From a virus: DNA of 64,000 bases. The DNA lies in IMG/VR virus record IMGVR_UViG_3300029305_003036, positions 2,332 through 66,331 of that record; one strand, given 5' to 3'. The position numbers and the translations under genes were made by a program. Numbering within the stretch: the first letter of the stretch is position 1; every line of letters starts with the position of its first letter. Positions 19,844-30,600 of the stretch are shown here, piece by piece. The notes beneath the pieces are model-generated. The model did no database searches. It worked only from the letters and a program-made list of their open reading frames with translations, and was not told where the DNA came from.

Positions 19844-22054
19844 TTGAATATGTCTTATTTTGACAATGCGAATAACAAGGTAACTCGAAAAAGTTTTGGG
19901 TCTAAAGTTGACAAGGAATTCAAAAGAGAAGGGGTTATTCCTGTTAGAGATAGAAGTAAAGATAAACAAGATAAAATAGCTGAATCAGCAGCTAAGTATC
20001 AAGAATTAAATAAGAAAGTTAATGAACGTAGAATAAATGATTTAAAAGAACAAAAAGCTTTTGATACTAAAATCCAAGAAGGATATAAAAATTTAAAAGA
20101 TGAACTTATGAAAGATTTTATATCTGAAATTTGTGTTGAATCTCTATTAGTTGACGAAGAAGTTGTTAACGAAAATCTTAAAAATATTCTTGAAATGGTT
20201 GAAAGACAAGTTGATAATATAGGAGGTTTTGAAGGGGTTAAGAAAATAGCTGAGAGTACTAGAAACATAGTCCTTTTAAATATGGTTAGTGTTTGTGAAG
20301 CTACAGCTAAAAAAGTAGGAGAAAGAAATATAAAAGAAGGTAAAAATAATAGTAAAAATATATCATTTGGATTAGAAAAAATAGAATTGGAAGAATACGA
20401 TTATAGAAAAAAAGAAATGGGTTCTGAAACTATAATTAATAATATAAAAGATAAAGTTTTCCAAGTTGTTCAAGATGAACAAAAATTAAGTTCTGATAAA
20501 CAAATGGTAATGAATGATATACAATCTAAAGTTAGTGAACTAGAAGCTCCTATAGAAGAAGCTATGAAATTTATATTTGAAAAACCAGGTATAGAAGAAG
20601 ATACATTATTTAATTCTATGATGAGAAGACATTATAAACAACTTTTAGAATCTAATTCTTCTGCTATTTTTGAATCTTTTGATTATAAAGATGAGCAAGA
20701 ACCTTTATTTGAAAATGAAGAATTTGATATGTCTGATTTAGATATGAATGATTTACCAGATGAAGATAAAGAAGAAATAGAAGATATGTTCTTAAAAGAA
20801 TGTGCTACATTGTATGATGTTGAAGATTATGAATATGAAGAAGCATTGGAAGCTTTATACCAAAAACTATATGAAAGCTCTCAAGATATATTATCACAAA
20901 AACAAGCTGAACATTTTAAATCTATAATTAGACTTGTTCAAGAAGAACTTGAAATAGTTGAAGAAAAATATATTCATAACATTCAAAAACATGCTAGAAA
21001 AATATCAGATAAAAAATTAGATAAGTCTATAGCTCAATGGGAAAAAGAAATAGAAGAAACTAGAGCTAAAATAAAGAAAACAGATGATCCTGATTATTTA
21101 GATGATTATAGAGAGGATTTAAAAACTTTAGAAGCAGAATTAAAAGCTCTAAAATCAGAAAAATCTCATAGAGGAAAACAATTAAAAATAGCTAGAGAAG
21201 CTAATCCTTACATGAAACCTACAACAGAATCTGTTAAAGCGAGATTAGAATCTTATGTTTCTGAAACTGAGGAAGATCCTGCAGTTGCTGAAAAACAAAT
21301 GGAAAAAGAAATGAAAGCTTCTGGAAAAGCGGCTACTGAAGAAGTTATATTATGTCCTAAATGTGGTAAAGAAGAATGTAATTGTAAAGTTGCTAAGGAA
21401 TCTATTGACGAACTTATTGATAAATTAGAAGATATTTGTGAGTCTATGAATAAAATAATAGAATCACATGAATTAGCTAGAACTAATGTAACTGAATCAT
21501 TAACTAGAGAAATAGATGACGAATTTACAATAGTTCCTTATTTACAAACTAAAGATGTTAATTTAAATAATTTAGAGTTTATATATAAAACTAAAATAGT
21601 TTGCGAAACTTTAAAAAATAATTTAAAATACGTTGATTATTTAGAAGAAGCTCAAACATTAAATAAAGCTATAGAGTTAAATATAAATTCTATAAATGAA
21701 ACATTAGAAGTTATAAAAGAAAATAGTAATATGAATTATAAATCTAAAATATTACTTAAAGGAAAAGGGTATTTAGAAAGAGTTAAGAACATACTAAATT
21801 CTAAAGAATATAAATCTAATAATATGATTATAGAATCTTCAGCAGTATTTAAATCTCCAGAGGATGTTGCAAATATATTCGAACAAGTTAGAGAATATTA
21901 TGTTATAGAATCGACTGATAAAGAATTAATGGAATTAGTTATGGCTGAAGCTATAGTTGATTATACTATATTAGAAACATTTAATACATTAAACTTAATT
22001 AATTTTACAAAAGATTCTGTAAGACAAATGAGTAGAAAAAATATAAGTAAATAA
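19844..22054 (+). CDS. Acidic helical head/scaffold-like protein
   Basis: E-rich, many hydrophobic-x-E-S motifs, CPKCG..CNC zinc knuckle. Confidence 0.5.
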   Translation: MNMSYFDNANNKVTRKSFGSKVDKEFKREGVIPVRDRSKDKQDKIAESAAKYQELNKKVNERRINDLKEQKAFDTKIQEGYKNLKDELMKDFISEICVESLLVDEEVVNENLKNILEMVERQVDNIGGFEGVKKIAESTRNIVLLNMVSVCEATAKKVGERNIKEGKNNSKNISFGLEKIELEEYDYRKKEMGSETIINNIKDKVFQVVQDEQKLSSDKQMVMNDIQSKVSELEAPIEEAMKFIFEKPGIEEDTLFNSMMRRHYKQLLESNSSAIFESFDYKDEQEPLFENEEFDMSDLDMNDLPDEDKEEIEDMFLKECATLYDVEDYEYEEALEALYQKLYESSQDILSQKQAEHFKSIIRLVQEELEIVEEKYIHNIQKHARKISDKKLDKSIAQWEKEIEETRAKIKKTDDPDYLDDYREDLKTLEAELKALKSEKSHRGKQLKIAREANPYMKPTTESVKARLESYVSETEEDPAVAEKQMEKEMKASGKAATEEVILCPKCGKEECNCKVAKESIDELIDKLEDICESMNKIIESHELARTNVTESLTREIDDEFTIVPYLQTKDVNLNNLEFIYKTKIVCETLKNNLKYVDYLEEAQTLNKAIELNINSINETLEVIKENSNMNYKSKILLKGKGYLERVKNILNSKEYKSNNMIIESSAVFKSPEDVANIFEQVREYYVIESTDKELMELVMAEAIVDYTILETFNTLNLINFTKDSVRQMSRKNISK

Positions 22055-22079
22055 TTTTAACTTATTGGAGGTAAATAAT

Positions 22080-22316
22080 ATGATACAAATTCAAGAAATT
22101 ATACAAGATGTCGATCATTATATAATAACATTCTCAGATGGAGCTGAATTATATGGTATGTTAATAATGATGGAAGAAGAAATGCCTAACTATGTTGAAT
22201 TTATGGAATTTGATGGAGAGGACATAGTACTAATAACTGAAGACGAACAACCTGAAGAATTTGATAGATTGATAAATACATACTATGAGAAAGTGATAGA
22301 TCTTATAGTTGAATAA
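22080..22316 (+). CDS. Small acidic hypothetical protein
   Basis: GGAGG RBS before ATG 22080. Confidence 0.6.
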   Translation: MIQIQEIIQDVDHYIITFSDGAELYGMLIMMEEEMPNYVEFMEFDGEDIVLITEDEQPEEFDRLINTYYEKVIDLIVE

Positions 22317-22322
22317 AGAGAC

Positions 22323-22360
22323 AAATAAAGATATAACCTTAAAAGGTTATATCTTTATTT
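22323..22360. terminator. Bidirectional terminator overlapping the rusA 3' end
   Basis: AAATAAAGATATAACCTT-AA-AAGGTTATATCTTTATTT. Confidence 0.75.
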
Positions 22361-22995
22361 ATTTTATCTATGTTATCAAGATACTGTTTTCTCTTGGTTA
22401 TATTTTTCATATTGTATTTTGAATCATACCTATCAGCATATTCTATTGTCAATTCTATTCTAGGTTTACTAGAATAGAATTTCCTTACAGTTCCTTCTAT
22501 TATTAAACTATCATCCATTATAATTGTATTTTGAATCATATCTGAATATGTTTTTCCTAAGTTATCCCAATCTGGCTTTGTTAAGTTATTTACTAGTTTC
22601 ATTTCAGCTCTTAATTTTTCAGATTTATTCATCGATTTAGGTGTTGGGAAATAACAATCACAATGTAATTTACAAGCTGTAGTTATTAATTCAAAATCTT
22701 CTAATTGTTCTTTAACAAACTTCTCCATAAGCTTTCTGTTATTCATAGCATCTGAAACATAAAAATGTTTCCCAAATCCAGCTAATCTTGCTCTAGGAGT
22801 AGCTTTAGGTATAAAATAGAAAATAAAAGAAATCGACTTCCATTTTGTATTTAAGTTATTTTCTATATCTTTTCTAACTCCTTCTAATTGCCTATCAGAT
22901 ATATCATCCAAATATTCATATATTCTTTCTATACAGTCTAATGGTATATCTCCGTATACATCTTTATATTCTTTCAATTCTTTTTTATTAGGCAT
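22339..22995 (-). CDS. rusA: RusA-family Holliday junction resolvase
   Basis: PKATPRAR; KPDWDNLGKTYSDMIQNTIIMDDSLI; KFYSSKPRIEL. Confidence 0.85.
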   Translation of the reverse strand: MPNKKELKEYKDVYGDIPLDCIERIYEYLDDISDRQLEGVRKDIENNLNTKWKSISFIFYFIPKATPRARLAGFGKHFYVSDAMNNRKLMEKFVKEQLEDFELITTACKLHCDCYFPTPKSMNKSEKLRAEMKLVNNLTKPDWDNLGKTYSDMIQNTIIMDDSLIIEGTVRKFYSSKPRIELTIEYADRYDSKYNMKNITKRKQYLDNIDKINKDITF

Positions 22996-23016
22996 ATAAA
23001 TTACCTCCTTATTATT

Positions 23017-24576
23017 TTAATTTTTGAATATTTTATTTAAGTATCCTCTAACACTTTCAGCCATTCTATAATATGTGTTGTTAGGTATATCTTTAAATTT
23101 ACTAGTTAATAATGCGGCAGCTATTCTGAAGTTAAAATAAATATTCGGAATTGTCATGTCTATACCACATATAACACCTAAATAATCCATCAATCCTTGA
23201 TTTGCAAAGAAATATGAAGGTTTAGTTGATGGTGACATCATAAGATTCCCGTATAATTCTTTTATATTTAAAGTAATCTTCATTTCAGTTGGTAAACCAT
23301 CGACAGTCCAAGATTGTTCAGATCCTTTATCTATAGTTATAGATTCAACCATACCTAAGTCTATTGAGAACCAACCTTGTGCATACCCTCTTATTAAGAA
23401 AGGAGAGTTGAAACTATTTTCTGATGATTGTCTTGGTAATGCAAGTGCTAAAGCATGTAACATTGGGACTATTAAATTTAAATAAATAGATTCCTTATCT
23501 CCATATGGACTTGCTAAATTTATTTGAACTGAGAATGATTTACTGTAATCACTATCAGTCCATATTTCAGGATAAATTAAATTTGAACCGTGTAATACTT
23601 CTTCACCTAGTCCTAACATATCTTTAAATATACCTAATGTCATTGTGTTTGCTAAGTCAGTTACAAGTCCTTCAGCTGTATCTACGAATCCCTGTATTGA
23701 ACTATTACCTATTGTTTTTACTAGCATATCGGCTTCTTTTACTATACCTTCAAGAGTATCGAACGCACCTTCTAATTGTGAAGGTTGTGTTGTATTTGAT
23801 ATAGTCTCGTTTACAGATGTGTTTGGATCTATATAGAAATTAACATAGCATCTTTGTCCAGCAGTAAGGTCATCTTGAACCGTATCGAAAAAATTAGCTA
23901 AATCGGATAATAACGATTTATCTTCGTTTGGAGTCTTTTTAACAGCATCGTTATCAGTAACATATTTCTTCCAGTCATATGTTTTATAACTACCACCATC
24001 AGGCGCCTTATAAGCAACACCGTCTCGATCAGTTCCATCTAAACCAAAATATACAGCAGCTACCCTACACATTAAATTTACATAATTCATATATGCTGTA
24101 TAATCACTAGTAAAATCATAATATCTAGTACCAGCTTTTTCGTCAATTAATTCTTTTAAGGCTGCTTTTGAATTAGAATTATCTATATCTCCTTCTAGAC
24201 TACCAAATAGCTTTTTATTATCTTTACTATAACTAGGTAAAAATAACATTTTACCAGGCATTAAAGTTACAATAGGTTTTTCCATGTATATATTATTAAA
24301 GAATCCAAATCCAAAATAATTATTTTCATCAAATCTAAAATCAGCAGTACTTAAAAATTGATGAGGTAAACCGAATACATTAGTATTTAATTTATCAATA
24401 GCACTATTATCGTTAAGATTGCTTGTTAAACTTGATACATATTGTTGTGAATCTTTTATTCCATATATATTCTGTTTCTCTTCTTCTGCCGCAGCACCAC
24501 CATTACCATCACCAGTTCCAGTTCTAGCATTATTATTCAATATCGAATAAATTCTGTTTTGTAAATTTTTATTCAT
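23017..24576 (-). CDS. Probable tail/baseplate structural protein
   Basis: Directly downstream of the tape-measure-like gene; GMVESITIDKG..WTVDGLPTEMKITLNIKEL. Confidence 0.5.
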   Translation of the reverse strand: MNKNLQNRIYSILNNNARTGTGDGNGGAAAEEEKQNIYGIKDSQQYVSSLTSNLNDNSAIDKLNTNVFGLPHQFLSTADFRFDENNYFGFGFFNNIYMEKPIVTLMPGKMLFLPSYSKDNKKLFGSLEGDIDNSNSKAALKELIDEKAGTRYYDFTSDYTAYMNYVNLMCRVAAVYFGLDGTDRDGVAYKAPDGGSYKTYDWKKYVTDNDAVKKTPNEDKSLLSDLANFFDTVQDDLTAGQRCYVNFYIDPNTSVNETISNTTQPSQLEGAFDTLEGIVKEADMLVKTIGNSSIQGFVDTAEGLVTDLANTMTLGIFKDMLGLGEEVLHGSNLIYPEIWTDSDYSKSFSVQINLASPYGDKESIYLNLIVPMLHALALALPRQSSENSFNSPFLIRGYAQGWFSIDLGMVESITIDKGSEQSWTVDGLPTEMKITLNIKELYGNLMMSPSTKPSYFFANQGLMDYLGVICGIDMTIPNIYFNFRIAAALLTSKFKDIPNNTYYRMAESVRGYLNKIFKN

Positions 24577-24620
24577 ATTTACCTCCTTTCTAGAGGAGAA
24601 ATTAATCTCCTCCAGTTAGA

Positions 24621-27600
24621 TTATTTTTTATATCCTGCTATTTGTCTAGCAGTTTTATAACCAGTTGAATCATTTATAGTTTGTAATTTACTGGTAGTTT
24701 TATAGTGCTTGTTATTTTTATACATGTCTGCAGTAGTAGTGTGTTCTTTAATAGGTTCATTAGCAGAAACTATTTCTATATTACTTATATTACTAGCTGT
24801 TGCTGCAGTGTTATTATTTATAGCTTGTAATTCTTGAACTATAAGTTTTAATACTTCTGCATATGCCGCAGGATCTGAAGTATTTATATTATTAAATGCA
24901 ACATTTACTTTTCTGTTAATATCTTCAAGATTTCTTTGTGCATTAACATCTGCAGTATTAACTCCTGTTTTAACAGCACCACTATAAACTGCTTTTCCAT
25001 CACCTTTACCAGCATCTCCTTTTGGAGAAACTAAATAAGTATTTCCATCACCTTCACCATTACCAGCACTGCTATTACCTGGATTATATTTATTTAAATC
25101 ATATTTATTATATATACTCATTAATGTTTTGCCATACGTACCTGCTTCAGCGTAGCCTGATACACCAAGTTTTTCAATTTGATCAGTAGGTGTTTTAGCT
25201 GCTAAAGTTGCTTTATAAGGACTCATTGTATTTAAGAACCAACCATGGTCAAGAACTGAGTCTCCAAATGATTTATATCTGTTGTATGGTCTAGCCCCAC
25301 CTTGTTCACCACCAGGACAATTTTTTCCTTTTTCTACCGTAATAAGTGGATTATGTTTTCCAGTCCATTTAATACCGAATAAGTTTTTATCAGATTGTGC
25401 AACAGGTGATTTACCCCATGCAGATTCACAAGCAGCTTGTGCAAGAATTGTTGAAGGGAAAACGTTTTTATATTGGTTGTATGTATTCATAGCTGCTCCT
25501 GATAAAGCTTTGAAGAATCCATCTGTACCTGAATACATTAATGTTTCATCTATTTGTACACTTCCAGTACTTCCATTATTTGGTGTACCTGGTGCTGTAG
25601 TTTCAGTTCCACTACTTGGATTCATTATTTCATTAAATACATCTTTTCCATTATAAATAGAAGCTAGTAGTCCAGTTCCTATATTTTGTAATTTACCAAA
25701 TACTCCTAATGGGTCTACTGCTGGAGTTGCTGTTGGTGTAGTTCCTCCAGATGTATCGCCAGGTGTTCCACTTCCAGGAGTTGCAGTGTAATCACCACTA
25801 GCCCAATCAGAAGGTAAACTTGCTCCAGCTGGTTTGTCAAATGCCCAGTATCCTCTTAAACCTATACCTACATCCATTATACCTTTATCAGTGTATGCTT
25901 TAGTTTTTTCAGGTCCTCTAGGGTCATTTATTATAACATTTCCATTACCATCTACTCCAACTGCAAGAACTATATGTCCTCCACCTGTGAACGGTGAACT
26001 GCTATCTGATGAGTTTCCTTTTCCTGAAAGAACAACAGGATATCCTGATTTAATTGTACTCTTAATGTTACTTAATGCTGAGGTTCCTAATCCGTTAACA
26101 TTCGTTTCGGATTTGACTATCGATAAACCTATTTTTTTAGCTAAATCGCCTGGCATTGTCCATGCCATACCCTCATTCCAATATCCATTAGATCGTGCCC
26201 ATTTACCTACTGTAACTGGTGTTACTTGTTTACCAAACATAGTTGTTAACATCATTGCATGTGATGCCATACCACAACCCGCAGGTCCTATTTTTTTACC
26301 ACTTATGTCTTCTTGCCATTTTGGGTCTCCTTGTTTATAATAAGCCCAACCATTCATTGTAGTTGGTATACCACTACCAGAATATGCTTCAGCATTAGTT
26401 GCCATAGTAAATCCTCCACCAGCATCCTCTGTAAAGTCACCAGCACCAGCTGAAGAGAATTTATTATAATAATTATCTGCATAACTATAACGTTTTTCCC
26501 ACATAGGTGTTCCAGCTCTTTCGAATGCTTTCTCGAAAGCTTCAACTGCCCATTTAGTACTAGACGCATTTTTAAGTCCGCTTAAACCGCCATAATTTTT
26601 CTTTAAGATACTTGCAGTAGTAGAATCTTTTCCACCTAATTCTAAGTCTATCCATTCTAATTGAGATTGTAAATCTTTCCAATCTTTTCCTTTACTTTTA
26701 GCATGAGATTCTAATCCTTTAAATCTGTCTGATCCTACAGTCCATTGTGCAATACCACGACCTTTACCACCACCAGATTGATATCTGCTAGGATCCAAGC
26801 CTGATTCTTGTTGTAAGTTACCCATTATACCAGCTGTAGCGTATTTATTATATCCTTTACCAGTAAAGAATTTCCATACAGCTGTAGCAGTATCGCTTAT
26901 TCCTCCTATATCAGGTGTAGTTCCGTCTGAAGGTGTTGTACCGTCTGTTGGAGTTGTAGTTCCAGCATTCGGATTCATTATTTCATTGAATACATCTTTT
27001 CCATTATAAATAGAAGCTAGTAGTCCAGTTCCTATATTTTGTAATTTACCAAATACTCCTAACGTATCTACTGCTGGAGTTGCTGGTGTACTTCCTCCAG
27101 TTGTATCGCTAGGTGTTCCACCTCCAGTAAGAGGTTGACCACTACTAGTAGCAGTAACTGTTCCTAATAATGAGTTTCCTCCTGTAATTGTAGCATCTAC
27201 CATTGCACTTGGATTTGCAATTGCACGTTTATATCCTCTATGAGCGTTATTGTATTTAGATTCTGCTTTAGACTCTTTTATACCTGATTTTCTACCAGAC
27301 ATATGAATATAATTACCATCACCACTATATAAACCAACGTGACCTTTTTGACAAACGATATCACCTATTTGAGGAGTGCTTACTTTAGTACCTGTACTAT
27401 CCCACATTGTTTGTGAAGTTCCAGATACTTTTGTATCTCCAGCCACAGACAATACGTGTCCAACGAATGAAGAACAGTCTGCGTAGTTTTTATTTTTGTT
27501 AATATAATCTCTTTTTGGTTGAGAGTATTTAAATTTAGATGTATTAGCTAAGAATGCTCTTGCATAAGCTAAAACTCTATCCGCTACAGTTACTTGACCA

Positions 27601-30600
27601 GTACCTCCAGCGTTATCGTTTAGACTTCTAAATTCAGCAGGATCTCCATAAATACCTAATCCCTCTTTATTAATTTTATTATCTAAATTTAATTCAGATA
27701 TACTACCATTACTTAATTTACTAACATCAGTACTATAACTTGGTGTTAATATCATACCTTTATTTAATCCATTTAATACTGAAGCTATTGGATAATATCT
27801 ACTATATGCTTCACCTCTAGGGTCTTGTATATAAACATTATTACCACTCATATGACTTGCAGTTACAATGTGACCCGCAGATGTATATGGTGTACCAGTA
27901 GCATCAGTTCTTCCTGATAATACAACAGGTATTCCTTTATTTAAATTAGATCTTATGAAAGCAGAGTCGTTACCTTCATTATAGTTCATATTTAATTTCC
28001 CAGCTACTGAAGGGAATAATGAATATAATGATTGACCAGGTATATGTTCTCTACCTAATTCTGCAATTGTATCTGGAGTAATTTGTTCTCCTGTTAATTG
28101 TGATATAGCCATTGCTAATGATGTAGGTCCACAACCTCCGTCTTTCATAGTTGAAGCACCTATTCTATTACCTGCCCAACGAGCATCGTTTTGACTATAG
28201 AACACAAATTTATTATTAGTTTTATTTGTTGTTACAGAACTTGGTGTAGCAGAATTCATAGGTTTTAATAATTCTGCAGAAGATATATTATGTTTAACAG
28301 GTTTGATCTTATCAGAAGCTTCAGGACCAGAACCTCCGGCAACTAATGCGTCTTTAATACCTTTAACCATATCTCCTAAGAATGTTTTAACATCTCCCCA
28401 TGAAACTGAGAATTTAGACCATTCTATTTCTGGTAGTTTGAAGTATTTTTTAATATCATCAAATATGTCTGTAAATGAGCCAGTAAAGTTACCCCATGCC
28501 TTTTTAACATCTTCTATTTTTTGATTAAACGTTTCTTTAATATTTTCTTTTGAGAATATGCGTTTCATATCTTCAATTTTCTCATTAATAGAATTTTTAA
28601 CAGTTGCTATAGAATTTTTAAATCCGTTAACAACATTATCTTTAAGTTCTCCTATTTTTTTAGGCACTTCTGTCATAACCCATTTAACGCCTTTTGTAAC
28701 TTGTTCTTTAGCCCATTTAAATCCTTCTTTTATTTTTTTAGGGAATTCATCTTTTAACCATTTAAGGTCTTTTTTGACTTCTTTAAGGGCTTTATCAAAT
28801 CCTTTTTTGATACCTCCTACAATATCATCTCTCTTTTTATCTATAGCTTTATAGATGTTACCCATAACTCTACCAGTTTTATAACCTGCACTATCTTCTT
28901 CTTCTATACCTTCTGTCATCCAACCGAATTTTTTCTTAGCGAATTTACCGATTGCACCTTTTGCTTTTTTTACAGGTTTTCCAAATTTATCCACAGCCCA
29001 ATCTTTAACTTTTCCACCTTTATCTTTAACAAAGTCCATTTTCTTTTTAGTATTAGACCAAGCTTTTTTATTTAAATCAGCTGCAGAGTTTAATGTATAA
29101 GCCCAAGGGTTATTACCAAATTCTTTTAATTCAGCACCAACTTTTTTAACAGGACTAGTTACTACATCATAACCTTTTTTAAGAATTTTACCACTAGTTT
29201 TTAAATTATTACCAAAGAACTCTTTAGTTTTATCCCATCTAGTTTTTCCTTCTTCATCTTCAGTTCCCATGTAGTCTTTTGTTTTATTATATAAATATCC
29301 CATAGGGTTTCTTAATATATTTAAGAATGTTACTGCTTTATTTACTTTCTCAGGATCAACTTCTTCTCCTGTTAAATTTTCATAAGTATTAATACCGTAA
29401 TTTGCTAATTTTTTACTAAAGAATCCTAAAGGATCTGTGAATAGTGCTAACCAACCACCAGTTTTAATATTACCTTCTTCATCGATATTGTTATCACCTT
29501 GTGATTCAACTAATGAATTTATAGCATCAGTTAATGGTTGGAAAGGTGTTGTGTCTATTTCGTTAGTTGTATTATACGTATCTCCTGTAACACTATTGTC
29601 AACTGAACTAGAATTATCTACGGAACTACTATTGCTACCTCCGCCGAATAATGAGCTGATTGCAGTCTTAATTCCTCCGAATAGTCCTGTGGATGTATTT
29701 AATTTTTTCTTATCTACTGTAGTATAAGAAACTATATTTCCTTTTTCATCTACTTGTGGAATAACTTGACTATTCTTAACAGCTTTAACTTCAACATTTG
29801 ATGTAGCATATCCTTCAACTTCTGTAACATCATCTACTAATTGTGGTTGATATGTAACGATGTTACCATCAGCATCCATTACAGGAACCATAATATAATC
29901 TTCAGCTTTTCCATTTTTACCAAAAAGTTTTTCAGTTAATTTTTTAGCACCAAGTAATCCAGCTCCACCAGGCATTGTCACGAGTGCAGCTTTACCTAGT
30001 TTCGACCATATACCTTTTCCATCTTTTTTAGCTTTAGTTTTTGTAGTAGTTCTATTATCTTTAACTTGATCGGCTCTGTCATATGTTGTTGTACCTTCAC
30101 CTTCACCGCTACCAGCATCTCCTAATATACTACTACCAGGTGAATAGAAACAAATACCTTCATGGTTATATTGGTTACCCATTTCATCTACTGCGAATGA
30201 ACCTTCAGGTATTTTACCGAATGTTTTAAGTGCTTGTTCAGGCGTCATTATACCATTCATAGTTCCACTACTACTATCACTACTCATTGATGGTAAAAGT
30301 GATTCAACAGGTTCCATTTCTGTTATTAATGAAGGTTCTATAACTTGACCAGTTTCATCTATTGCTTGAACTGTTCCATCTTCACTAAATGTATATTTAG
30401 CTACTTTCTTTTTATTAGCGTTAGCTCTCCAGTTATGATACCATTTAGCTATACCTTTAGAATTAGCAGCTTTTTCTTCATGATAAGCAGCCTTAGCTTC
30501 AGCTTTAGCTTTCTTTTTAGGTGCTTCAGCTTTTACTTTTGCTGCTTTCTTTGTAGCTCTTGCAGCAGATTTTTCATTTAACCAAGCCATTGAGTTATTC

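Noticed and set aside
25618-27120. Tail protein repeats as a diversity-generating retroelement TR/VR pair
   Set aside because: No reverse transcriptase in the window, differences are not adenine-specific, and both copies are in-frame linkers
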